Source of the DNA: Verrucomicrobiales bacterium
GTDB lineage: Bacteria; Verrucomicrobiota; Verrucomicrobiia; Verrucomicrobiales; V1-33
Length of the DNA stretch: 64,000 bases
Direction: 5' to 3'
Assembly: GCA_031411295.1 (NCBI GenBank)
Contig: JANOAV010000105.1
Coordinates: 5,013 to 69,012 of the forward strand
This document shows, piece after piece, positions 57,201 to 64,000 of the stretch. Each line of letters opens with the position of its first letter. Position 1 is the stretch's first letter. The notes below the pieces were generated by a model. That model saw only the letters and a list, made by a program, of their open reading frames with translations, ran no database searches and was not told the origin of the DNA. The position numbers and the translations under genes are program-made.

Positions 57201-59595
57201 CAGCCGTGGCGAGTTCCAATGCGGCCTCCAAGTTGCCCACCTGGCTCACCTGCCAGTGCAGTGGGGTTTCCGGATGCAATTTCTGACTTGGACGACCGTC
57301 AATGCTGGGGAAGGTGGCGCGCAGCACGCTGTGACGTTGGACCACGCTGCGCAGGGCCGCGGCTAGGAAATCCTGTCGCAGTGGACCTTGCAGGCGACGT
57401 GCCGTGGGGATGTTATAGGCCGCGCGATTCCCGATTAGTTGATCGAGGAACCAGAGCCGTTGCTTCGGTGGCGACAATTCCGTCTCCTCCTGCGCCAGCA
57501 GATTCAGCTCGGAGGCGTCAATCCGCGGCAAGTTAGGCTGTTGCAATTTTGCGGCTAGCAGCGCCACGGTTGGTTGGGTAAATAACAGCGTGAGGGGCAG
57601 TCGGACGTTGAATTGATCCGCTATGAGGGAAACAATGCGCGTTGCGGCCAGCGATTGGCCACCAAGGTCGGTGAACCGATCCATCACGCCGATAGGATAG
57701 ACTTGAAGCACTTCCTCCCAGATCTGCACGAGGCGCGACTCCATTTCGTCGCGCGGGGCGACGAGTTCCGTGGCACTGACAGGGCGGGCCCGTTTGCGGG
57801 CGCTGGCGACGGCTTTGGCGATGTTGGCCGCCGATTGAAATTGGTTGGCGATGGCCGCGAAATCCGGCCGTGTCACTGGGGCGGCTTCATTGAATGGCGC
57901 TGAATCCGCAGCGGGAACCGGAAGGGTGACGGCATCCGCATTAAATTTCACCGCTCTGGCTCGCGTGACGGGGAAATGATAGTTGCCGTCCTTGAAGCCG
58001 TCCGGGCAGACTGCTTCCAGGAAATTTGCCATCGGTTGATTCCGTGCCGTGGCTTTGAACGGCAGCACAATGCCGAGGCTTTGGCGCGCAGCGGCTTCGT
58101 CGCCTAACTGCGCCAGCATCCGATGCTCGACTCCCTTTCCCAGCACGCGACACGACAGCAGAAAATTTTCCACAAAACAAAGCGGACCGCGCGTGCGGTA
58201 GATTAGCAAACCCACATCGCCATAGTCACCGAAGCGATCCTTCACATGCAGCAGCAAGGCATGCGTGTCCGCCGCCTGCAGCGCATTGGCGACCTCGGCC
58301 TCCGTGCGGCGGACTCCAGTGGCGTTGAACTGATTCGTGCGTTGAGTGAGTTGAGATACCCGCGGATAGTCGAAGAGATTCGGGATGCGAAATGTTAGCT
58401 GCAATTCCAGCCCGTCGATAAAATCTGCGAACGAGGTGGCTTGTGCCGCCGCTTGCGTGCGCTGGGCGTTGACCTGCATCAACTCCGTGCGTCGGCCATC
58501 CTCCTTGGTGGCAGCATGGATGTCCAGTGCCCAGTGGTGATTGATGAGCGGGAGGATCTCATTTTCCTGAGCCGGGAGCGTGATGGTCGTGAGGTCCGGA
58601 AATGCCGCCGCCACCTCGGCACATTCGATGGGGTTATCATCGATGAAGACCACGGCATCCGGATGGATATTCCATTCGGAGAGCAACTCCCGCACGCTGC
58701 TGGATTTCGGTCGCCAGGAAATTTTCCAGCCCGCAAAATCCGCCTCTTGGAGGATCATTTCCGGTCGGGCCAAGGTTGCGCGAACGTCGCGCACTTCATT
58801 TTTACTGGCTAGGCCGAGCAAAGCCCCTTGTTGCTTCAAGTGCAGTAAATGCCGCTGGAAGGCTAAGCGCGCTGACCCCAGGGTGATTCCACCAGCGCCG
58901 ACTTCACCCACCACGCCACCCCACAGCGTCTGGTCCGCATCCACGATGACGGCCTTGCAGGGAGCTTGCAGCAACGTTCGCGCCCGGCGCATCAAGGCTG
59001 CCCCCAGCGCGGCAAAGTATTCCGGGGCATAGGGCACATGGCCTTGCCGGTCACTTTCTGGATCATGGATCTGGCTGACGGGATACCACACCTCCACCTC
59101 CTCCGCCGTGATCACACTGAAGCCAGGCAACTGGCGCAACGTGCGCCCACACTCGTCGTAGGCCAAATGCAATGACTGCTGCAAGGCGGGTTCCAATTTC
59201 GCCAGATCGCTCAGCGGACAGAGCATTACAATCGTCGGCCGATGTGCCTGCCCCGCAAAGATCTGCATGGCATCCAGCAACTCCAAGGTCACCAGCCTAA
59301 CCTGATCCAAGCGACCTTCTGTGGCGCTGGTGAATTCGCTCCCCCCCTGCCGCAAGGCATCTTCCAGCCGCAGCAGGAAAAAATTTACGCCCGGAACATC
59401 ACTGCGCGCGGGACTGGCTGGATTGAGTAACTCTTGAAAAAGTTGATTGTAACCCGCCAGCGAAATTTCCGCCGGATCCAACTGCAAGCGCGGCAACCAG
59501 AAAGCAAAATGCTCCTCCAACGGCTCCACCGTAAACGAAGCTGCCACCCGGAACATCCGGGGTGCAGGGGGATCGTTTGCTAGTGCCGTGGACAT
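51244..59595 (-). CDS. NRPS with FkbH-like loading domain: FkbH-ACP-C-A(Thr)-PCP-E-C*(no catalytic His)-PCP (start 59595 or 59610)
   Basis: FkbH: DADQTLWGG, VFIDDNP.E, QLTQRTNQFN, DRFGDYG, LSCRVLG. Carriers: LGGQSL, LGGDSI, LGGQSL. C1: HHIISDG. A code DFWNIGMV. E: HHLAVDGVSW, EAHGRE, RTVGWFT. Final C: PEILMDGWS. Confidence 0.95.
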   Translation of the reverse strand: MSTALANDPPAPRMFRVAASFTVEPLEEHFAFWLPRLQLDPAEISLAGYNQLFQELLNPASPARSDVPGVNFFLLRLEDALRQGGSEFTSATEGRLDQVRLVTLELLDAMQIFAGQAHRPTIVMLCPLSDLAKLEPALQQSLHLAYDECGRTLRQLPGFSVITAEEVEVWYPVSQIHDPESDRQGHVPYAPEYFAALGAALMRRARTLLQAPCKAVIVDADQTLWGGVVGEVGAGGITLGSARLAFQRHLLHLKQQGALLGLASKNEVRDVRATLARPEMILQEADFAGWKISWRPKSSSVRELLSEWNIHPDAVVFIDDNPIECAEVAAAFPDLTTITLPAQENEILPLINHHWALDIHAATKEDGRRTELMQVNAQRTQAAAQATSFADFIDGLELQLTFRIPNLFDYPRVSQLTQRTNQFNATGVRRTEAEVANALQAADTHALLLHVKDRFGDYGDVGLLIYRTRGPLCFVENFLLSCRVLGKGVEHRMLAQLGDEAAARQSLGIVLPFKATARNQPMANFLEAVCPDGFKDGNYHFPVTRARAVKFNADAVTLPVPAADSAPFNEAAPVTRPDFAAIANQFQSAANIAKAVASARKRARPVSATELVAPRDEMESRLVQIWEEVLQVYPIGVMDRFTDLGGQSLAATRIVSLIADQFNVRLPLTLLFTQPTVALLAAKLQQPNLPRIDASELNLLAQEETELSPPKQRLWFLDQLIGNRAAYNIPTARRLQGPLRQDFLAAALRSVVQRHSVLRATFPSIDGRPSQKLHPETPLHWQVSQVGNLEAALELATADARIPFSLAEGPLCRCLLYQISPEEHLLVVTFHHIISDGWSVTLFYQDLALAYNAALRQRQPVWPQLAATCAGFASWINRRLETGDFTADLAYWKEQMRGAPPILQLPTDRPHPPVRNYVGDVVARGLRLDLRKRIEALAQRVQTTPFVILAGAFQVLLHRLSGATDIVIGTPVAGRTHSAVQNVMGCFVNTVILRTSCHPEQSGLDFLASARATVVNALNHQDLPFENLVDSLNLPRDLSHPPLIQHLFVLQDSAGADFSVPGLACEPVSIHNGGAKFDLVLETTPLPEGYALVLEYNCAVLTEATAERWLQHYEMLIESLCDHPEKPLSELQILTSEARRELVEDFHQGQREFGGDICLHHWFEGIAARTPNDIALTCEGTNWTYAQTNQRANQLAHYLQGQQVTPGMLVGVCVERSLDLIVALLAILKCGAAYVPIDLSYPAERLSFMLEDAAAPVLLTQRKLSARLPRHGCKNLYVDDLQIYHGGNSNDPSVEVTPDHAAYVIFTSGSTGRPKGCIVTHRNVARLFQSTEAWFGFDSTDVWTLFHSVAFDFSVWEIWGALLYGGRLLIVPYHTSRSPEDFYRLLAAEQVTVLNQTPSAFRQLMAAEAAATQPLDLALRYVIFGGEALEMQSLQPWFERHGDRTPQLVNMYGITETTVHVTYRPISAADVHGGSVIGIPIPDLQLYILDAHLQPVPLGVPGELFVGGAGLAQGYLQRPELTAQRFIANPFSTLPNARLYRTGDLARFLPGRDVEYLGRIDQQVKIRGFRIELGEIESILTIHPQVQEVAVLAREDHPGEKRLVAYLVPKAERPSVESLRSHLQIKLPDYMVPAAFVVLEHFPLTSNGKLDRVALPAPSGPRELLTQAFVEPATAAETQLARIWAKVLKVDRVGVNDNFFALGGDSILSIHMIAQARKVGLSFTPRQLFEHQTIAQLAKIEGLGQATQSALNASTENIPLLPIQRWFFAQELQASHHWNQAFLLSVNERLEVPKLRRAVAALLAQHQALRLRFTKGASGWQQKVSALEVLETLECHDLNGFANGKLAQKILKLSESAQSRLNYEHGPLLRLVYADLGEDRPGRLLCVAHHLAVDGVSWNILLHDLEAAYHGAALEAVPTPFADAAALGELWSRSPAAMAEKTWWAQRLPGTITPLLEPNRSHTNTEGSATTLRFELTVEETTTLLQKVPNVYRTRIQDALLSAFLLACHRQLGRDQVWLHLEAHGREELFGSADLSRTVGWFTALFPLGLTLPPESNDILAVMRHVRDQLQSLPQNGAGYGFLRYADTSPLPPSEIEIAFNFWGRLDQLTAESTLFTLAPEATGPWHHFSAMRLHEHEIDCFIREEKFQLEWKYNADRLATARVQPLVEAFASALREIITRASQGLAAPPEVNDFTLVKLSPVELAKLQQAPGEVADVWPLSPIQELYYGAAVAKTNAGYDQWHSRLEGPLDVPRFQAAWEQVLQRHGLLRTSFHSHQLNQPVQVVRNGLQPYWHLDDWRGQAAETHAAKWTEFLLQDAARPNDLTIAPLSRFALIRLTDTTWRFLWCVPEILMDGWSWPIVFQEVSSLMTSSTPLPVAPAYREYLAWLQARPQEAEADFWRAELRGLTAPTPVPLETLQHQGVGRKFSETVIVLGVDVVDRLTRFARAHQVTNGAVLHAAWALLLARCADVTEVMFGTASNGRPSELAGVERIVGPFINNLPVRLQVRPDQRSKDFIKEVQAQLFTLTGHQHSSIAQMQEWSEIPWNRRLFDSLLVFQNFQTQHGVMTFGPEVALSEFVGPVHTNYPLTLMITPGTTYEILLAHQAASCSPARARLLLEEWKQLLLQLIGPEQHSLSTIMASCQLPAGMAPTTLPVTRTAERVAPRTPLEKAMAEIWQRAFGLTDISIHENFFDLGGQSLLMIRVHQRLRSELGLTLSIVQVFSHPTIASLAGLLETAPPLHPAKPAALPITAAQNMATQARARATAARAAMARARGLPPLS

Positions 59596-59900
59596 ATCAG
59601 GAAATGGCATCAACCCCTTCGAGCAAGTTTCGCACAAACACAGAACTCCGTTCACACGACAAGGCGGCGTGCAGATAGCTCCTTAGCATATGAGTTGGCA
59701 TCTCAAGAAGGTCCATGGTGGTCGGTTGGCTAGAAAGGGGCATTTCTAGAAATTGTGGTATTTATCCTAAATCATATTTACCCCACAAGCAACAAATATC
59801 AACCAATCAAAAATTTCTGCACCCGCTTTCTTTTAAAAACGCGCCGCATTCGCAGATTTGAGAGCCTGTCTGAGGGGGATGTGTTTCCAGCCGCAGGGCA

Positions 59901-59928
59901 CGGTGGCAGCCGCGCGCCCGTCTGAAAC
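59901..59928 (+). repeat. Dispersed repeat CGGTGGCAGCCGCGC..CGTCTGAAAC (related copy at 61851-61880)
   Basis: Identical 15-bp and 10-bp blocks are shared with 61851-61880. Confidence 0.7.
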
Positions 59929-59938
59929 CAGTTAGAAT

Positions 59939-59962
59939 GTGGAGCAGTCCGCTGGACTGCTC
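59939..59962 (+). repeat. REP-like palindrome GTGGAGCAGTCCGCTGGACTGCTC (copy 2)
   Basis: First 22 bp are identical to 15355-15376; stem GAGCAGTCC/GGACTGCTC. Confidence 0.8.
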
Positions 59963-60026
59963 ACGGACTGCTGAACTCTTTCCAGATCAGCCCAGCGGCT
60001 GATTATCATTGGGTGACCGCACCACG

Positions 60027-60323
60027 TCAACGACGCCTTAGGCCGAATGCGGGGCTACGCTTGTCATGCCGGAGGCAGATTACTTTGATTTTCAATGGCA
60101 AAACTTCGAAAAGCACCGCAAACGGAAAGCGACGCAGGTGCTTCCTCCTGACGCTCCGCGAGTTTAGCCAAAAGCCATTTTGCTCGGGATTAGCCCTAAT
60201 CTTACTTACCGTCAGCAATACTTGATCGAAAAATTCATCACCTAGTCCAGCTCTCTGCTCGTTGTAAAAACCGACGGCATCTTGCACATCCTTTTGCACA
60301 AGAAGGTGGTAGACTATTTTCAT
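60027..60323 (-). CDS. Type II toxin, RelE/ParE family
   Basis: 98 aa; DVQDAVGFYNEQRAGLGDEF..RRFPFAVLF..ICLRHDKRSP; directly downstream of an addiction-module antitoxin. Confidence 0.88.
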   Translation of the reverse strand: MKIVYHLLVQKDVQDAVGFYNEQRAGLGDEFFDQVLLTVSKIRANPEQNGFWLNSRSVRRKHLRRFPFAVLFEVLPLKIKVICLRHDKRSPAFGLRRR

Positions 60324-60329
60324 TCGTTG

Positions 60330-60575
60330 TTAGCGCTGGGTGGCGGCAACACGGGAAAGTTGGATACTGCGGATAAAGTCTTCCTCTGATAGCTCTGCTG
60401 CGGGATTGCTGTCCATTTCAGCGGACCTACGTTCTGCCTCGGCCAGCCATGCTTGATCTGCTGAGGATTGAAAATCATCAGGAAGGCTAGCGTAGAGCAT
60501 GTCTGCAAGCTCTAGCCGATCCGAAATCGGAAGAGTGAGCAAAGGAGAAAGCGCTGCGAGGGTGGCGGTGGACAT
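60330..60575 (-). CDS. Putative addiction module antitoxin component
   Basis: LTLP..DRLELADML..SL and AWLAEAERR motifs; AAGGAGG RBS upstream. Confidence 0.85.
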   Translation of the reverse strand: MSTATLAALSPLLTLPISDRLELADMLYASLPDDFQSSADQAWLAEAERRSAEMDSNPAAELSEEDFIRSIQLSRVAATQR

Positions 60576-60647
60576 ACTCCCTCCTTATAGCCTAATTCAT
60601 GGGTATCACAAGAAATAAATCAGCAGAATGGAAATTCCGACTCCCGC

Positions 60648-60724
60648 TTGAGTTCGGGTCTTGGGCCCGAAGGCATCACGGCAACCCTGCATATTCCCGA
60701 CGGGCTGACAGACCCGAACCCCAA
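60648..60724. repeat. Imperfect long hairpin downstream of the orphan C-terminal module
   Basis: GTTCGGGTCT (60652-60661) pairs with AGACCCGAAC (60710-60719); GCCCG/CGGGC extends the stem. Confidence 0.6.
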
Positions 60725-60764
60725 CGGAAATGGCGGCAAAATGCACGCCACTCCCACTCAAAAA

Positions 60765-61112
60765 TCACAAAGTCGACACCCTTAGCCGCACGAAAATCAT
60801 CTTCCCTCCGCCCTCTGCAGCCAGCCGAACTTTCACGGTGAGGGTGCCACTCCCCGTCTCCGCAACCGGCTGCACGGCCCCGCCCGCGCCAGCCACCGCC
60901 GTCACCCCGCCCCCAGTGCTAGTGGCCCCGGTCGTCCACGATTGCATATCCTTGGAATATTCCACATCATAAACCACATCCGTCCGCGCACTGAGGCGAG
61001 TGGAAGTAAACTCCACCCCACCGCCAGCACCAGCCGCTGCCACGGTAGGGAGATACTTACTAGCCGCCGCATTACCCAGTGTCCCGAAGGCATGTTCAAG
61101 CAGGTTCCCCAC
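60765..61112 (-). pseudogene. Orphan duplicate of the C-terminal domain of the large protein at 61970..>64000 (5'-truncated remnant)
   Basis: GNLLE[H/Y]AFGTL..TRLSARTDVVYDVEYS.DMQSWTTG..ETGSGT..RLAAE.GGK.IFVRLRVS is shared. No signal peptide or ATG; the homology begins mid-motif. Confidence 0.75.
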
Positions 61113-61207
61113 GCCGTTTTGACCGTGACCTACAGCACCTCTCCCCCCGCAACACCAGCCAGGAAAGTAAAGTTGCGGTAGCGCAGCAGCATGGTATGCT
61201 TTTGATC

Positions 61208-61396
61208 ATGAATGAACAAACAATCGAGCTAGAAATAACAGAGGTGAAGAAACGTCTCGCCAAACTGGAATCTGCTGCTGGAACAGCTCCGCCAAAATGG
61301 CGTGGAGCAGTAGGCCGTATTCAGCCAAGTGAACTCACCAAGGAAGCTGCCAGACTAGGCGCAGAATGGCGGAAGCAGGAAAATGCTAGGAGATAA
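61208..61396 (+). CDS. Putative antitoxin partner of the PIN toxin
   Basis: 62-aa ORF (coiled-coil N-terminus, W..AVG..EAARLGAEWR) 3 bp upstream of the PIN gene. Confidence 0.75.
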   Translation: MNEQTIELEITEVKKRLAKLESAAGTAPPKWRGAVGRIQPSELTKEAARLGAEWRKQENARR

Positions 61397-61399
61397 AAA

Positions 61400-61822
61400 A
61401 TGGTTGTTATTCTGGATACGAATCATTTTAGGGAACTCGTTGAAGCGGGTGTGCTAGGACGGCGGTTGTTAGCTCGTATCGAAGAAAATCAAGCGGAGGT
61501 GTTCACCTGCATCGTAGCAGCGGAAGAAACCCTCAGAGGTTGGATGGCTCTGCTGAATCAACAAAAACCTGGGCCAGACCAAATCGCTGCCTATGTCGAA
61601 TTTCAGCGCAGCTTGGAAACCCTTGCGTATTTCACCATTATGCCGTTTGACCACGAAACTGCGGACCATTTCGTGCGCTTACGCAGTCAGTTCCCCAGGC
61701 ATGGCACCATGGATCTTAAAATTGCCGCCATCTGCCTCGCCCACGACACACTGCTCTTGAGCCGAAATTTACAGGATTTTGAGAAAATACCCGGCCTAAA
61801 AGTTGAAAACTGGTTAGATTGA
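61400..61822 (+). CDS. vapC: Type II toxin, VapC/PIN-domain ribonuclease
   Basis: ILDTNH, EE.LRGW, GTMDLKIAAICL, LLSRN..DF..IPGLKVENW; GGAG RBS. Confidence 0.92.
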   Translation: MVVILDTNHFRELVEAGVLGRRLLARIEENQAEVFTCIVAAEETLRGWMALLNQQKPGPDQIAAYVEFQRSLETLAYFTIMPFDHETADHFVRLRSQFPRHGTMDLKIAAICLAHDTLLLSRNLQDFEKIPGLKVENWLD

Positions 61823-61851
61823 TAAACGAGGGGGGCCTTCCATCCGCCCTC

Positions 61852-61968
61852 GGTGGCAGCCGCGCCCTCGCGTCTGAAACAGGCAAAGGTGGCCAGAGCG
61901 CCCCCGCTCTGTTCCTGGAAGCGAGGGCGCTTCCTCCACCTTTCGGGAGCGAGGGCTCTCCCGCTACC
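61852..61968. repeat. Nested array of four degenerate 20-bp REP-like units (two forward, two reverse)
   Basis: Forward: GGTGGCAGCCGCGCCCTCGC (61852) and GGTGGCCAGAGCGCCCCCGC (61888). Reverse: GCGAGGGCGCTTCCTCCACC (61921) and GCGAGGGCTCTCCCGCTACC (61949). Confidence 0.75.
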
Positions 61969-61969
61969 A

Positions 61970-64000
61970 TCACAACGCAGACACCCTTAGCCGCACAAAG
62001 ATCACCTTCCCACCGACCTCAGCCGCCAACCGAATTTTCACGCTCACTGTTCCGCTGCCCGTTTCGGTGACTGCTTGCACGGCCCCGCCCAGGCTTGTGG
62101 TTACTCCACCGCTACTGCTGCTGGCACCAGTCGTCCATGATTGCATATCTGGGGAATATTCCACATCGTAAACCACATCCGTCCGCGCACTCAGCCGTGT
62201 AAAGGTGAACTCCACGCCACCTGCACTAGCTGGTGCCACGGTGGGCCGATATTTACTAGCCGCAGAATTCGCCAGCGTCCCGAAGGCATATTCCAGCAGG
62301 TTCCCCACGCCATCGTTATCCGCATCTGCTTCGGCTAGCGCATTGTTTCCGGATAGCCCGGCCCCTTGCGCGTAGAGCTGGAAACCAGTTCCCACGGTCA
62401 GTGCCGCCGTCTGTGCAGAATCCGCATAGCCATTGTCATTTCGTGACCGCACCACGTAACGCACAGAGGCTCCGATGGGAGCTGAGCCATCGGCAAATCC
62501 GACAGCAAAGCTTCGCCCGACCCAGGCCAGTGCCCCGCCATTGGTGCTGCGGAAGATATCGTAATAGTCCGCGTTGGCACCTGCGGCCCAGGTTAGGTTT
62601 ACTCCATAGCTGTCTTTACTGGGAGCAGCCACCAAGGGAGCGCCCACCACCCGCACGTCGAATCCCGTGGAGAAATGCAACTGCACGGGCACTGTTCCCA
62701 GCCTTGATCCATTCGGGTTCAGGGCAAAGACATCCACCACGTAACTTTGATTGTATTCCAGCCCGGTGTAAGCCACCTGAGCTGTCGCCCCAGCAGCGGG
62801 AGTCACCGACTGGGAGGCAACAATGGAACCATCTCCCCGACGCAGATACACTTGGTAGTCTTGATACACCGCCGTCACGCCCGCAGGCAGCACCGCATTC
62901 CACTGCACTGTATTGCTATTCCCCGCCGTGATCTGGTAGTTGGCATTCACAAACGTGATCCCCAGCGGCAGCAACGGAGCCAGCGTGGCACTGGCCGCTG
63001 CTCCTTGCAGCGAGACCACATCCCCCAGCACCGTGGCCAGCGTGTAGCTGAAGGTATCGCCATAGGCCACCGCCGCGTCCCGATAACTCGTCGCCCCGGC
63101 AGCAACACGCGTCAGTTCCTCCACCGCATCCGTCCGCGTGTCCTTCCGATACACCACCATGCCCGTCGCTCCCGGCACTGCTGCCCAACTGAGGTCCACC
63201 CATGGGGAAACGGTCGTTTGCCCGCCCGCTGTGGCCACCGGAGTCGGCCCGCCCGCCACTGTGCCCAGCGTCAGCGACCGCACGCTGGAGACAAATTCCT
63301 GCCCATCCCACTGCGCCACCACCTTCCATTCCACCGACGTATGAATGCCCACGTTCACCGCCAGAGATTTCTCCCCCGTGCCGCCCAGCACTACATAGCT
63401 ACCCGCCCCATCCCACCGACCCAGCAGCGTGTAGGCCACCGCCAGCGAGACTGGCTGATTGCTCGCCCAGGTCAGCACCTGCCATGGAGCAGAGGCCGCC
63501 ACAAACCCCGTCGTCCCCGATGCCGGGGCAAACCCCGCGTTATCGAAGGCAAAGCGATTCCCCGTGATCGTGATCGGCTGTGGCAGATCCCGCGTCACTC
63601 CGCCACTCTCCAGCCGCACCTCCTGCGTGCCTGAGAGCAGCGTCGTATCCAGAAGAAACGTCGCCCCCGTCACGCTCCCAGCCGTGTTCCAAGCCGTCGT
63701 CCCCTGCGGACGCGTCAAGATATTGTAAACCCGGAACGCATCCACGGGCGTGGCCGTCCATGACAACGAAGCCGCCGTCGCCACAGGCACGCTGTAACTT
63801 GCCGCCGTGAAGCTCGCCAACGCAAACGTGCTGGACCGCGTCAGCACCTTCTCCGCCACCCCACGATTCCCGCTCTGGTCATAGGCTTCCACCCGCAGGA
63901 TCAGACTCGGCACCGTGTCCGCAAACGTATAGCTCAGGCTCGTCGGCAAGGTGCCACTCGTGTAGTTGCCTATCACCGTCGTCACGCCCCCGACAATCTT
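61970..64000 (-). CDS. 3' part of a large secreted/surface protein with FN3/Ig-like repeats and conserved C-terminal domain (partial, starts beyond the window)
   Basis: Open frame to the window edge; FN3-like VDLSWAAVPGATGMVVYR..SYRD and VNLTWAA..YYDIFRS; C-terminal DADNDGVGNLLEYAFG..IFVRLRV. Confidence 0.85.
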   Translation of the reverse strand, partial: KIVGGVTTVIGNYTSGTLPTSLSYTFADTVPSLILRVEAYDQSGNRGVAEKVLTRSSTFALASFTAASYSVPVATAASLSWTATPVDAFRVYNILTRPQGTTAWNTAGSVTGATFLLDTTLLSGTQEVRLESGGVTRDLPQPITITGNRFAFDNAGFAPASGTTGFVAASAPWQVLTWASNQPVSLAVAYTLLGRWDGAGSYVVLGGTGEKSLAVNVGIHTSVEWKVVAQWDGQEFVSSVRSLTLGTVAGGPTPVATAGGQTTVSPWVDLSWAAVPGATGMVVYRKDTRTDAVEELTRVAAGATSYRDAAVAYGDTFSYTLATVLGDVVSLQGAAASATLAPLLPLGITFVNANYQITAGNSNTVQWNAVLPAGVTAVYQDYQVYLRRGDGSIVASQSVTPAAGATAQVAYTGLEYNQSYVVDVFALNPNGSRLGTVPVQLHFSTGFDVRVVGAPLVAAPSKDSYGVNLTWAAGANADYYDIFRSTNGGALAWVGRSFAVGFADGSAPIGASVRYVVRSRNDNGYADSAQTAALTVGTGFQLYAQGAGLSGNNALAEADADNDGVGNLLEYAFGTLANSAASKYRPTVAPASAGGVEFTFTRLSARTDVVYDVEYSPDMQSWTTGASSSSGGVTTSLGGAVQAVTETGSGTVSVKIRLAAEVGGKVIFVRLRVSAL

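Noticed and set aside
61852-61968. CRISPR mini-array
   Set aside because: The units are degenerate and in inverted orientations with 8-16 bp gaps, and no cas genes are present.
59900-61970. Integron cassette array (TA cassettes with attC sites)
   Set aside because: There is no integron integrase, the two TA pairs are in opposite orientations, and I could not find convincing RYYYAAC...GTTRRRY boxes around the hairpins.
60765-62310. Diversity-generating retroelement (TR/VR pair) to explain the duplicated C-terminus
   Set aside because: Differences include indels and many non-adenine substitutions, and no reverse transcriptase gene is in the window.
1-64000. tRNA, rRNA, transposase or prophage genes
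   Set aside because: None was recognised by eye. The only phage-like signal is a short repeat inside a host surface protein. A tRNAscan/Rfam run would be needed to exclude small RNAs.

Overview
A GC-rich bacterial chromosomal window, most likely Verrucomicrobiota (Verrucomicrobiaceae/Prosthecobacter-like). This is inferred from the MurC-MurB fusion, a PVC-type CxxCH heme protein, a CotH/lamin-tail giant protein and secreted proteins sharing a DxDxDG..LEY[AF]FG...FxRxxV C-terminus. Housekeeping genes (murC-murB, def, lysC, yhaM-like, trmN6-like) are interspersed with secreted or surface proteins, a MoxR/ABC/DUF58 operon, an orphan discoidin-domain histidine kinase and an ECF sigma factor. The main accessory element is an ~18 kb three-gene operon on the minus strand (59595..41539): an NRPS (FkbH-ACP-C-A[Thr]-PCP-E-C*-PCP, where C* lacks the catalytic His), a PKS-NRPS (KS-AT-ACP-aminotransferase-C-A[Thr]-PCP-TE), and a membrane-anchored trypsin-like protease that overlaps the PKS-NRPS stop codon. 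Upstream lie two type II toxin-antitoxin pairs, which flank an orphan duplicate of the C-terminal domain of a large surface protein truncated by the window end. Several families of intergenic palindromic repeats are present. I saw no rRNA, tRNA, CRISPR array, integrase or transposase by eye. All assignments come from motif recognition; no database searches were run.
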